A DNA stretch of 64,000 nucleotides from the human T2T-CHM13v2.0 reference genome, Homo sapiens, in assembly GCF_009914755.1 (NCBI RefSeq), contig NC_060931.1; one strand, given 5' to 3'. The position numbers and the translations under genes were made by a program. Under the pieces are notes generated by a model. That model did not search any database, was not told the DNA's origin, and saw only the letters and a program-made list of their open reading frames with translations. Below, one piece after another: positions 32,361 through 46,289 of the stretch (the stretch's first letter is position 1; the number at the start of each line of letters is the position of its first letter).

Positions 32361-32504
32361 CTGGTTAGGATAGGAGAAAATGAGGAGCAGGAGGAGAGAG
32401 AAAAGGGAAAGAGGAGTGATGAAAAAGAGGAAAGAGGAAGAAAGAGAATGGTTATATTTCAGTTTACATGCCAAAAAAAAATGGATAGTTGGATCTGTAC
32501 TAAA

Positions 32505-34370
32505 CATGTACAGGCTTTTTCTACTTTATTAGTTCCTAAATACTATAGCATAATAACTATTTACACAGCATTTACATTGTATTAGGTATTGTAACTAATC
32601 TAGAGATGATTCAAAGTATACCAGATGTGCATAGGTTATACGCAAATACTATGCCATTGTGTCTGGAATTGGTGGGTTCTTGGTCTCACTGACTTCAAGA
32701 ATGAAGCCGCGGACCCTCGCGGTGAGTGTCACAGTTCTAAAAGGCAGCGCGTCCAGAGTTTGTTCCTTCTGATGTTCAGTTGTGTTCCCAGTTTCTTCTT
32801 TCTGGTGGGTTAGTGGTCTCGCTGGCTTCAGGAGTGAAGCTGCAGACCTTCGCAGTGAATGTTACAGCTCATATAGGCAGTGTGGACCCAAACAGTTAAC
32901 AGCAGTAAGATATACAGCAAACAGCAAAAGAACAAAGCTTCCACGGTATGGAAACGGACCCCAGCAGGTTGCCTCTGCTGGCTAGGGCAGCCTGCTTTTA
33001 TTCTATTATCTGGCCCCACCCACTTCCTGCTGATTGGTCCATTTTACAGAGAGCCGATTGGTCTGTTTTGCAGAGAGCTGATTGGTCCGTTTTGACAGGG
33101 TGCTGATTGGTGCGTTTACAATCCCTGAGCTAGACACCAAAGTTCTTCACCTCCCAGCTAGATTAGCTAGATACAGAGTGTCGATTGGTATATTTACAAA
33201 CCCTGAGCTAGACAGAGTGCTGATTGGCGCATTTACAAACCCTGAGCTAGACACAGAGTGCCGATTGGTGCATTCACAATCCCTTAGCTAGACATAAAGA
33301 TTCTCCAAGTCTCCACCACATTAACTAGATACAGAGTGCCGACTGGTGCATTCACAAACCCTGAGCTAGACACAGAGTGCTGATTGGTGTGTTTACAAAC
33401 CTTGAGCTAGATACAGAGTGCTGATTGGTGTATTCAAAATCCCTTAGCTAGACATAAAGATGCTCCAAGTCCCCACCAGATTAACTAGATACAGAGTGCT
33501 GATTGGTGCATTCACAAACCCTGAGCTAGACACAGGGTGCTGATTGGTGTGTTTACAAACCTTGAGCTAGATACAGAGTGCTGATTGGTGTATTTACAAT
33601 CCCTTAGCCGGACATAAAGGTTCTCCAAGTCCCCACTAGACCCAGGAGCCTAGCTGGCTTCACCCAGTGGATCTCGCATGGGCTCGCAGGTGGAGCTGCC
33701 TGCCAGTCCCAGGCCCTGCGCCCACACTCCTCAGCCCTTGGGCAGTTGATGGCACCAGGCGCTGTGGAGCAGGGGCCGTGCTCCTTGGGGAGGCTCAGGC
33801 CACACAGGAGCCCACGGCGGGTTGGGGAGACTCAGGCATGGCAGTCTGCAGGTCCCAAGCCCTGCCCCGCGGAGAGGCAGCTAAGGCCAAGTGAGAAATC
33901 GAGCGCACTGCCGGTGGGCCAGCACTGCTGGGGGACCCAGTGCACCCTCCGCAGCTGCTGGCGCGGGTGCTAAGCCTCTCACTGCCCGGGGCGGCAGGGC
34001 CAGTCGGCTGCTCCAAGTGCGGGGCCCGCCAAGCCCATGCCCACCCGGAATTCTAGCTGGCCTGCAAGCGCCAGGCAGCCCTGGTTCCACCCGTGCCTCT
34101 CCCTCCACACCTCCCCGCAGGCTGAGGGAGCCGGCTCAGCCCTCGGCCATCCCAGGAAGGGGCTCCCACAGTGCAGCGGTGGGCTGAAGGGCTCCTCAAG
34201 CATGGCCAGAGTGGGCACCGAGGCTGAGGAGGCGCCAAGAGCAAGTGAGGGCTGCGAGGGCTGCCAGCACGCTGTCACCTCTCACCATTTTATACAAGGG
34301 ACTTGAGCATCTGTGGATTTTGGTGTCTACAGAGGTCCTTAAACCAATCCCCCATGAATACCAAGGAATG
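32505..34370. mobile_element. MER2-like (TcMar-Tigger) DNA transposon split by the LTR12C (32505-32657 and 34285-34370)
   Basis: AACTATTTACACAGCATTTACATTGTATTAGGTATT...CAAATACTATGCCAT resumes as CCATTTTATACAAGGGACTTGAGCATC after the LTR. Confidence 0.8.
32658..34284 (-). mobile_element. Solo LTR12C (ERV9/ERV1), sense to COL28A1
   Basis: Minus strand runs TGAGAGGTGACAGCGTGCTGGCAG...CCCACCAATTCCAGACACA; GC-rich U3, tandem CCAAT-bearing enhancer repeats ~33030-33620; 4-bp TSD CCAT at 32654-32657 and 34285-34288. Confidence 0.95.
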
Positions 34371-35961
34371 GCTAATGACTGTGGCTCTGTTTAAATTTTT
34401 AGTGAGAATCCTTCTAGTCAACTCAATACTGATCAGTAGAATTGTAGAGCTACGAAGAATAATACTCCCATTGTATTAAATACTCGTTCCATTTGATTGG
34501 CATAAAATGTTCTATTCCACTGTTCTCAAAGTAGAAGAAAATGGAAATTAAATGATGCTTTGAAATAAGAATTAAGAAATAAATTATCTGAGGAAATGCT
34601 AAAAATCTGGAACTGTGTGGCCCAGAGAAGGATGCAGAGTGATTTAATAATTTAATTATCAGGGGAGTGCTGTGAAGAAATCATCACACAGCTGTTTTAA
34701 AGCATTAAGTGCTGTTTACATGTGTTTCAATTTCTGTACTGATAAATTTGGATTAAAACTTGAATTATTTCAGGAACTGGTTGAACCCACAGGCAGTTTT
34801 ATATGCAAATTGAAATCTTGATAGGATCATTAAGGGGAAACATGATTTTCAATTGCAATGATTCAAATTAAGAAGTTCATGTAACTATTGCTCAAAAAGC
34901 CACTAGGAAAGATGACTTCTCACATGAGTTAAGAAAAACACAGTCTCGGGCTTTGAAATGGACTTGCAGAAAATGTACTAATGGAAAAATAAAAGAGTAA
35001 TAGTGAGGTTTTCATTTAAATCAGGAATTTTTAAAGACAATAATTTTTCTCTCCTTTTCTTCTTGGCCAGAAGGTAAAAAAGTAGTAAAGGAACTTACAA
35101 CAAGAATCTTAGAAGAAGAAAATGAAGCTTTTCCTCTGATGAATCTAAACAAATAATTAGGCTTCACTTGCCAGAGAAATAAACCTATGATGGAACAAAG
35201 TCTGCCAACTTTCCTGCAAGTTCCTAAACCAGCACACTACAGACACTGAATGATGTTTGGGCTTGAGATACAGTAATCCAGGGTGATTTAAGACGCTTTT
35301 CTCCTCAAGCCCAGTAGCAGAACGAGGATGCAGCATTATACTCATCAGTGACTGATCATAGTTATAGATTCATAAGAAAAAGATCTGTTTTTCAGTGTTT
35401 AATTTTTTTGTCTTTCCCTAATGTTTTATATTTTACAAGACAATCTTCTTTAGTATTTATGCATACTGATTTTGTAAATAATTAAAAGAAAAAGCTAACA
35501 TCTTTTTCAATTTAAATTGTAACACTTAACAGAAACCTAGCTTTTAACACTTCCAAGACCTTAATGAAAGCACTAATATCCATGACAGTTTATTGTACGG
35601 GCAGAGCAATTAGCTAGTAGGAAAATAAATAGGAGCATGAAAATTATTAATAGATTGCAAACTCAACCAAATTATTAATAGATTGCAAACTAAACCAAAA
35701 GTGCCAAGCCAACATCACATACTTTAACAAAGAAAACACATACTTTAACAAAGAAAACACTGACAAATTATTTTTTCCCTAATAATATGACAAATGAAAA
35801 AAAACACAATTTATATTAAATGTAAGGAAGTATTTTTCCAGTTCACTCAACTTTTTTCATTCATCCAACAAAGATATACCAAACTTCTAGCAGGTAAACG
35901 GCATTGTGCTAGGTTCTAGGGATAGCAGACAAAACTGCTCCCTGTCTCATGGAGCTGACAA

Positions 35962-36200
35962 TATTGCATAATAGTTAAAAGCAGATTTTGGTGTCATTTG
36001 TACTGAGGTTCAAGCCCCAGCTCTGCTACATAGTAGCAGTTTCACCTTAAACAAGTAAGTCAATCTCTGCAAAGCACAACATCCTCCTCAAAATGGTTGA
36101 TAATAATAGTATCTACCTCAACCACAAGTGTTCATGTAAGGATTAAGTCAGAGAGATTTAAATCTTTTACAGATTAAGCACTCAATAAATATCTGCCATC
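35962..36200 (+). mobile_element. MIR
   Basis: GGTTCAAGCCCCAGCTCTGCTAC...ATAATAGTATCTACCTCA...CACTCAATAAAT. Confidence 0.65.
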
Positions 36201-37422
36201 ATTATCCAAATTATTTTACTTGAGTCCTGTAATTGCTAAGAATGTCCTTTCATGGAAGTTTTTACAAATAAAAGCAGTCTCTGAGTGAATGATTTAAATT
36301 AAACAATGTGTAAAAAGCATGCTGCACTGAATAAACACTGAATCTTCCTTCATTCTCTGCACTTCTAGAGTACGTTAGCTAAACTGGAGGTGAAAATATT
36401 GGATCTTTAAGGAGCCAAGTATTCAAAGCTGCTGAGAACGGAGAGTTAATGCTCATGGACAGTCTTTTAGGAGAAAAAAGCAGTGATCCAAAGTGTAATT
36501 ACTATAAACCATCAGAGTAGTATTCCACGCCATCAGTATATTCTCAAGTCTTCCAGTTAAACACTCAGCATGGACGATGATCATTAGCCAGAGAAGAGAA
36601 GTAGAAGGTACTTGGGTTAAATGGTTATAGTTTAATTTATTAAGATAGTACCAAAAGATTATTTTTAAAAGACAGAAATCCTTCTATTAAAAAATCTCAG
36701 TGTCCTTTCTAAGGCCATGAGAACCAATTACAACTACGACATACTTACTTGGCTTCTAACGAACACCTCTAATAAAAAATAAATAATGAAGGAATCTAAT
36801 TATCAGTTAACACAGCCTGATCAGTGAAATGCTTTATCTGAGACATTAACGATGAGATGAAATACGATTGTCCATTATGTTCATCTTATTACTTTCCGTA
36901 GTAATCTCAATAGTGTTAATAATCAATACAAATGCTTTCAATATGCATTGCAAGCATTAGAGATAAATATGCTAATAATAATAGTAACTGTCCATTATCT
37001 TCAAACAGTGCCATCTACTTTATTTTTTAATCTCAAAATAATTATAGTTCCCTTTCAGGGTTTTTTTTTTAATTTACAGTGCTCTGAATAACCTTGCATA
37101 AAAAACAAACAGATCACCCTGACAGTCTTAACCAATTTAATTTTTATGAATCAGTTACATCTACCAGACCAGCACAAAACTAGTGGTAATCACATAAAGA
37201 TGACAGATGACAGTTCAAAAGTAGGTCTCGGAGCTAGAATATTAATTCAATCTATCAGCAGATTTATATTAGTGTGGTAGTGAAAAGAGAGTAGTACTAA
37301 ATACGAAACACTTGAAATAATTCAGGCAAAGAAACAAAAGCAAAGGACTTTCAGTAGAATCTTTGTCAGCCCTAAGATAAGTCTTTACCTTACTTCTAAA
37401 TAATTCAAAAATTCACATTGTT

Positions 37423-37779
<357 letters not shown>

Positions 37780-38224
37780 TTAGGAACTTTCCTACCTTTG
37801 TTATGATTTTAGTTCCCAATTAAGTATAACTCTGTAATTATGACTTGGAAAGCAAGCAAGCAAGCAAGAATTTCATGTTCTGGTAATATTGTTAAAAACT
37901 CTCAACTACAAACAGTTAGAAAGACAGGTAATATACGTTTTTTAAGATGAATTTTAAAGGCATGGAAGAGTCCAAAGAAGATAAGAGAAATTGCAGGGTT
38001 CAAAAAGAGAGAATCAAAACTCGAGAACTCTAGCATATAAGTTAAGCATCTTAGGTAAGCATCTAAGCTGGTGCTACAGCTGTCCTGAATAGAAAAGTGT
38101 GTTTGTGTGGTGGGAAGAAGGCTAGGAAATTTAGAGGGAGGAACAGCAGCAAAGACTTTGGCTCACGCAATGGAAAATGAAGACAGAATTATAACTGAGA
38201 GACTGAGATTCCCACAAACTTAGA

Positions 38225-38530
38225 CAGACAGTCTCCAACTTAAGATGGGATGGTTCGACTTAAGATTTTTGGATTTTACAATGGGTTGGTCAGCATGTAA
38301 CCCCATGGTAAGTCAAGTACCTCCTTATGACTTACAATGGGCTTATGGTTTCTACTGAATGCATTGCGTTTGCATCCTCATAAAGTAAAAATATATATAT
38401 AAATCAAACCATTGTAAGTTGGGAACCATCTTCGGTGTTACCAACACTAAATGCATTTTCAACTTACAGTATTTTTTATTTATGACGGGTATAGTAGGAT
38501 GTAACTCCATTGTATGTCAAGGAGCATCTG
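38225..38530. mobile_element. MER47/Tigger5-like TcMar element
   Basis: CAGACAGTCTCCAACTTAAGATG...GTCAAGGAGCATCTG|TA termini. Confidence 0.65.
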
Positions 38531-38539
38531 TATATATTC

Positions 38540-39880
38540 AATGAAAGAACAAAGTAGAAAAAAGCCATCCCATCAACACAGTGGTATGAATGACAAGAAT
38601 CTTGTCTGCTTGGCTTGGGCTCATAATGACTAAAAATTTCTACCATGGTCCTGTGCTGTGTATGAGTTTATGATTTCAATTGACATTATCTAAGTGGTTC
38701 ATGAACACCTTAGTCAAGACATTAGCATCAAGGAAACCCCTGGAGTACAAAAGAGATACAAACACAAACTCCTCTCAAATCCTAAGAATGCTTAGGATTC
38801 ACAATTAAAGCCCAGCTGAAAATAACTCAGATGGAAAAGTACAAAACATAAAAGAAAATAACTCACAATGAATAAAAGTAAACTAACACAACGTAAACTT
38901 CCTCAAGAATGTCAAATAATAGAATAAAATAATAGAGACAAAAAAGAAGTACTTTAAATACTTAATGGTCTTATGGAAATAATGGAAAATACAAGAACAG
39001 TATAGTAAAAAGATAATAAATATAGTTAATAAAAGGCAGATTTTAAAAAATAACTAAGAATTTTTAAAATACTTATTAACTTAAAAATACAATGAATGAG
39101 TTAAGAACATTTTATAACATGATGAAGATAAATTTGTGGGTTATAAGTTAGATTTGAGAAAATTATCCAATTGCAACCAAATATCTAGTAGGATTTCTTG
39201 ATAAATAGAATGGGGCAAGAAAATATTTGAAGAAATAATAGCTAAGAACTTTTTTAAACTATGGAGTCCTCAGATTCATGAAACGGTAAATCTGAAAAAG
39301 TATATGTGAAAATATACTCACATTTATATGCATCATAATTCCTCTACAGGAAATCTAAAGAATAAAAAAAAATTGCAAAAGCAGCCTAAAGCAAAAATGA
39401 ATTACTACAAGAAATTATAAACAGACTAAAGACATGGAAACAGAAACCATGGTTGCCAGCAGACAATGGAATTAGTACACAATCCAGACTGCACCAGCTA
39501 AACTATTCTTACAAAGCAAACTAAACAATGGCATTTCAACCAAAGGCTGAAAGGGTTTACTGCTAACATATTTTTACTGAAAACATCTTCTGAAAGAAGT
39601 ATTTATTGAAAAAAACAAAGAAATCAGCCAAGAAGAAAAGAGAAATTTAGGAAGCTATGTCAACTAAGAAATGGGTAAATATATGGGTAAAACTATACAA
39701 ATACTGACTTAAAAAAGTTCAAAAATAATAATAAATAATTTTGGTAGGATGAAAATAAAGTAGAACTAAGTCAATAGGAATGATACTCTGAAGGTGGAAG
39801 AAATGATTGAAGTAAAAGTGTCATATGGTCAGTATATTTTTCAGGAGTAGGTGGCAATATTGATGACATTTCAAACTTGT
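38540..39880 (+). mobile_element. Very old L1M/HAL1-like ORF1 region
   Basis: A-rich, AAAATATTTGAAGAAATAATAGCTAAGAAC and GCCAGCAGACAATGGA ORF1 motifs. Confidence 0.5.
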
Positions 39881-39899
39881 TAGTCAAGAAAACATGTTA

Positions 39900-40320
39900 G
39901 GAATCAACCTAAATGCCCATCAATAGTAGACTGGATAAAGAAAATATGGTATATATACACCATGAAATATTGCACAGCCATAAGAAAGAATGAGATCATG
40001 TCCTTTGCAGCAACATGGATGGAGCTAGAAGCGCTTATCCTTGGCAAACTAACTCAGAAATCCAAATACTGCATGTTCTTACCTATAAGTGGGAGCTAAA
40101 TACTGAGAACACAAGGACACAAAGAAGGGAACAGCAGACACTGGGGCCCACTTGAAGGTGGAGGGTGAGAAAAGGGTGAGGATGGATAAATTGCCTATCA
40201 GGTACTATGCTTCTTATTTGGATGATGAAATAATCTCTACACCAAACCCCTGTGACATGCAATTTACCTATATAACAAACCTGCAAATGTACCCCTGAAC
40301 CTCAAATAAAAGTTAATAAA
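39900..40320 (+). mobile_element. 5'-truncated L1PA15/16-like 3' end
   Basis: GGAATCAACCTAAATGCCCATCAATAG...GTACCCCTGAACCTCAAATAAAAG; degenerate TSD AAGAAAACATGTTA/AAGAACACATATTA. Confidence 0.8.
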
Positions 40321-40469
40321 AAGAACACATATTAAAGTTTAGTAACCACAAAAAAAGAAACAAAATATGTAAAAATATATACAAGTATATGTACACATAT
40401 ATAGATATATACATACCAAGTTGTGCATGTGTGTGTATATATGCTTGAGATATGTATATATATTTGATA

Positions 40470-42180
40470 TTTTGCCCAATTTCTAATTCGATTTTTATTA
40501 TTGAGTTTTGAGAATTTTTTTTAAAAATGTATTCCCAATACAAATCCTTTGTAAATGTGTAGTTTGTGAATATTTTCTCCCAATCAGCAGCTTGTCTCTT
40601 TATACCCTTAACAGAGTCTTTCACAGAGCACACATTTACCACTTTGATGAAGTCCAGTTAATTACTTTTTAGGGGGGGATCATGTTTTTGGTGACATGTC
40701 TAAGAAATCTTCATCAAGCCCACGATCCTAAAGATTTTCTCATATGTTTTATTCTAAAAGTTTTATAGTTTTTACATTTTATATTTAAATCTATGATCCA
40801 TTTTGAGTTACTTTTTGTATAAGGTGTGAGACTTAAATTGAGGTTAATTTTTTGTGTTTGCACAGATAACCAATTGCGCCAGCACCATTTGTTAAAAAGA
40901 CTATGTTTCCTCTATTGGATTGCTTTCACAATCTGTTGACTATACTTGTGTAGGTCTGAATCTGGGGTCTCTATTCTGTTCCACTGATCATATTTCTATA
41001 ATTTGCCAATACCACACAGTCATTGTTACTGTACCTATATAATAAATCTTAAGACCAGAAAAGTTAGTATAATTTCTCCAAGTGTATTCTTTTTCAAGTT
41101 TTTTAAAAGCTATTCTAGCTCTTTTGCCTTTCCATATTAATTTTAAAATAGCCCTGTCCAAGTCTAAACAAAATCTTGCTGGGGTATCAAAAACATTTGC
41201 ACTAAACTTTTACATCAATTTGGGAAGAATTTACATCTTTATGTTGTTGAGTCTTCTAATCTGTAAACATGCCTCTAAATGTATTAAGTATTCTCTGATT
41301 TCTTTCATCAGTGTTTTGTAGTTTTATACAAGCCCTATATGTGTCTTATTAGATTTCTACCCAAGTATTTTCTTTTTTAGCAATTAAAAATGGTGTTGTG
41401 CTTTTAATTTTAGTTTCTATGTGTTCATTACTAGTATACAGAAATTAAATAGATTTTGTATGTTGATATTGTACCCTGTGACCTTGCTGAACTCACTTGT
41501 TAATTCTAGGAGGTTTTTGTATAGATTTCTTGGGGTTTTCTATGGAGGCCATCATATCATCTGCAAATAAGGATAGTTTTATTTATTGTTTTTATACCAA
41601 TGCCTTATATTTCTTTTTCTTGTCTTATCGTGCTGGCTGGAACTTCCAATATGTTGAATAAGACTGATGAGAGCAGACATCTTTGTCTTGTTCCTGATCT
41701 TAGAGGGATGCATTCACTCTTTCACTATTACGCATAATGTTAGCTCTAGATTTCTCATAGAAATTGAGGAAGTTCCTCCTCTATTTATAGCTTTCTGAGA
41801 GTTTCTATGAGAGATTTATCAGCGTTTATTAGGGTTTTGAGTTTTGCCAAATGCTTTCCTGTGTCTTTTGATGTGATCATGTGATCTTTCTTCTTTAGCC
41901 TATTAATATGGTGTATTCCATTGATTAATTTTCAATTATTAAGCCAGGCTTGCATCCACAGGATAAACCCCACTTAGTCATGCTGTATAATTCTTTTTAT
42001 ATATTGCTGAATTCTATTAGCTAGCATGTTGTTAAGAATTTTTATGTCTATATTCACAAGGGATATTGGTCTGTAGTTTTCTTCTTATGTATGTTTAGTA
42101 TTTTGTTTTGGTATCAGGGGAAAACTGGCCTCATAAATTAAGTTGATAAACGTTTCTTCCTCTTCTATTGTCTGAAAAAG
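40470..42180 (-). mobile_element. Old L1M ORF2 fragment
   Basis: Reverse-strand RT motifs (ATCATATCATCTGCAAATAAG = LFADDM; TTGCATCCACAGGATAAACCCCACTT). Confidence 0.85.
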
Positions 42181-42453
42181 ATAGGGAGACTTTACTGTAT
42201 CCATAATGTTTTATGTTTTTTAAAGAAAATCTAAAGCAAGAGTAGTAAATGTACTAAGTATAATTGTCTACCTGGCGGAGGTTTACCAACTCATTCTCTA
42301 TATTTTCCAATATGCTTAAAATATTTCATTATTTAAAAAAAAACATTTTAAGAACGACAATGAATAAGTGACACTCATTCTTAAGTTTAGTGCTGAGTTT
42401 GGAAGGTATAAATAATAGCAAAGCACAAAGTTCTTTGGAAAAAACAATCATCA

Positions 42454-42765
<312 letters not shown>

Positions 42766-42869
42766 AATTATGACTTATTTCTTTGACATTTTCAGAATAT
42801 TTCCAGCTCTGAAAATCATAGACCTAAGGAGAACCCAATCTTTTAATTTTATAGAAGTTAAAATTTGAG

Positions 42870-43352
42870 ACTTCGCTAAATTAAATACATCCACAAGTTC
42901 TTTGATATTCTTCATAAGCGGGCAAAATCTTTTTCTATTCCACTCGAATCTGAGCTGGTCCTATACTTACTTTAGATGTCACAGAAATGATGCTGTATAA
43001 TTTCTGAGGCTAAGCTTTACATGATGAGTGGTTTCTGCCTATTGGAACACTCCTGCTTGGATTCAAGCTGCCATGTTGTGAGGAAGCCCAAGCAACCACT
43101 GTAGCTGCCCATGTGGAGGAGAAATGAGGTCTCTGGGCAACAACCCTAGCTAAGCTCCCAGACAACAACCTGCACCAAACTGCCAGCCATGTGAGGCCAT
43201 TTTTAACATTGCAGCCATTTTAGCACTCCATCTGACTTCAAGTTATAAAGAACTCTCATGTCAACCCGCAAAATCATAAGGAATAACAAATTATTGTTTT
43301 AAGGCACTTAGTCCTGAGGAAGTTTGTTAAGCAGAAACACAAAACCAAAATA
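42870..43352 (+). mobile_element. MLT1 (MLT1G/F-like) LTR
   Basis: GCTGCCATGTTGTGAGGAAGCCCAAGC...ATTATTGTTTTAAGGCACT. Confidence 0.7.
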
Positions 43353-44203
43353 GAGACCAAAATAAGTTAGTGGTTTATCTTTAATGGTACTATCTATTTA
43401 GTGGAAACTAAGACTAGATCACTGATCTCTAGATGATTAGTCCAGTGTATTTTTCTTCCATATAATGCTCTCTTTTTTGAATTAGTATGTTCAGACATTA
43501 GTGAAAAGCCTAAACCTAAATAATATGTTGCCATTTCACTCACAGAGTGCAGTAAGGAAGTGTATGTTTCTGTGAATATACACATGTGAGGAACTATGCA
43601 GTGCAAAGACAACTTCAAAGACCAGCTATCCACAATCAGTTGTTTTTATTTGTACCTAAGTGAGTCAGCTACTATTTTTCCCTAGGAGAATAATGATTAC
43701 TTGAAAAGTTAACAAGCTTTATATACCAGAATAATCATATTTTATTCACTTCCTCTCCAAATGTCTTTTAGTAGAAATTTTTTTCTTCTCCAACAACAGT
43801 AAACTTCAAAACTACATAAAAGAGATGCTGTGAATAACGCAGGTATTATCTGTCTACCATTATCAATCCTAGCTTTAGAGCATACTCATGGATTAGATAA
43901 TGAGCCAAGTCCTTATTCTCAGTGATTTTTCTCATGGTTACAAAGAAATCCATTATAAAGTATAAACATTAGGCTTGAGTCCAGATCTTCCTAGAAAATT
44001 TTAACACATGAGAACTCTTTTCTTCTTGTTCAAGTTGATTCATCTTGTAAGAAGTTACAGTAAAAGAGAGTTGGTGTAAACATCATATATATTTACACAT
44101 ATACATATATACATAGTTCTATTTCAAGTGTTGTGAAAAATAGCACGTGGATCTGGTTCTCGCATATTTATTTTCATTTGTTGCTCGTAAAGATGCAAGG
44201 TGG

Positions 44204-44468
<265 letters not shown>

Positions 44469-44568
44469 AGATACAAGGTGGATTAATCTGACCATTTATT
44501 CTAAACAGAAAGAACAAGTAAAAACTATATTTGTCCTTTTCATTCCATCTAGAATTTTTGCTACTTAC

Positions 44569-44637
44569 TGGCTGTCCAGGCTCACCAACTCCAATGGGTC
44601 CTGGAGCTCCCGGTCTTCCTTCTTGGCCTCTTTCTCC
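44569..44637 (-). CDS. COL28A1: Collagen XXVIII exon, 69 bp, [23 protein letters not shown]
   Basis: tttctcttag|GGA...CCA|gtaagt; phase 0; G-V-G imperfection. Confidence 0.95.
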
Positions 44638-45757
44638 CTAAGAGAAAGAAATAATAGAATGAAAGCTTGAGATTTTAAATAAAGAATAAACATAGCGCAA
44701 AGTTCTCTCAAGATTTCAACAAGGATAAATAGCGAAATAGACAAAATGTTGGTTTTCATAAAGGTAAAAAATTCTAGAGGAAGAGAAATAGCTCGAATTT
44801 AAGTGAACAAATTACCCTAAAATGTTTATTATCTCTTCTTGTCCAAATGTAATTCAGTATTTTCAGTTTTCACAAAATATTGTGTAAGAATTGGCAGGAC
44901 AGACTGTGTGGCAATGCAGGTTGGTTACAGAGCTGACTAAGCTGACAATGTGTGTGCTGTGCCCTGCCCTCTTGCCACCATCCAGGAATGTCACCCCTTC
45001 CTTGTCCCCACTCTATCCTATTCATCTCTCCTTTAAGCTCTTTTCAGACTTCATCTCCTCCAGAAAACTTCTCCATAACTCTGCCAGCATAAACTCCACC
45101 TTTCCTGGAGTCTCAATGTGCTCATTGTTGAAATGCTATACATGGGGATATTCAATTACATTCAAAGTACACTGTTTTGTACTGCTTGCTATTTTAATCC
45201 TGCATCAAAGTCTTATTGTCACAACCACTTGGAAAAGCCATTCAAAATAGGCACTTCTGCTTTATTAATATGTCCTGCATAATGTACAGCCTCACAGGAT
45301 GGACGTTCCTTCCTTCCCTTTCTAGTTCTCTACAAATCTCTCTGCCAACATTGACCTATTCATTGCCATGGCCCTTCTGGTTTCTGCCCCTTTATGCTTA
45401 TTCAATGTGAACCATGATTGTTGATGTGTTAAGTTGTTTCACTTCCCAATAACATATTTGCATGTGAATGTTTAAAGTCCATGAAAACAACAGAACTACA
45501 TGTACCTTGGCAAAAGGGTGGGTATTTGGAGACAAGTAAGTTTTTCATTCCAACAAAATTAAAAAATACGTTAATTATTCTTGTGGTAACTGCCCCTGAC
45601 AAGCACATTTCTGTGTCCAAGCACATAAAATGAAGTAACTTCAGGAAGCCTCCTTGTGTCTATTGGATTTAGGCCAAATGGAGTTCAAATCATGGCTCCC
45701 CCAGGCCCTACAATAAATTCAACAGTCATCAGTGGGCAAAAAGACAAGTATCTTTAC

Positions 45758-45826
45758 CTTAATACCTTGCTGTCCAATTCCAGGAGCTCCTGGAGAACCA
45801 TAAGGACCAGGAGGACCTGGCTCACC
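45758..45826 (-). CDS. COL28A1: Collagen XXVIII exon, 69 bp, [23 protein letters not shown]
   Basis: ttcttcctccag|GGT...AAG|gtaaag; phase 0; G-I-G imperfection. Confidence 0.95.
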
Positions 45827-46289
45827 CTGGAGGAAGAAATAGTGACATCAGTTATATGTTAGGTCGACTCAATAGTATTGACTAAGCAGCTTTTAGATGT
45901 ATGGTTTTGCAATAGGGGCTTTCAGAGCAACAACAAACCTGTACATCGTGCCTGCCCTCAATTGTTTACAACTCATTTGGAAAGAAAACACAGACCCAAG
46001 ATCAAATTATCCACTAGGCACAGTAGTCACAATATCTGGGTCCACAACACTTTCAGGAGCCTGCAAATATGTTCCAATTGTAATTTTTTGATTCAAAATA
46101 AAAATAAACATAATGACTATATAACAATGAATACAGCTTGCATTCATAAATATAATTTTTTAATGTTTTTATGGAGGAAGGGGCCCACAAAGTCAAGTGT
46201 TTTCAGGATCCATAAAAGGCATAACGCAGCCATCACTCATTCATTCACAAATCTTTAAGTGCTCTGGAAGACATATTTTGTTTCCTCCC

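Noticed and set aside
33030-33640. Regularly spaced repeats superficially like a CRISPR array
   Set aside because: They are LTR12 tandem enhancer repeats (GAGCTAGATACAGAGTGCTGATTGG) with no unique spacers, in eukaryotic DNA with no cas genes
33667-34306. Cluster of overlapping GC-rich ORFs and a CpG-island-like stretch
   Set aside because: This is the GC-rich U3 of LTR12C; stop-poor by composition
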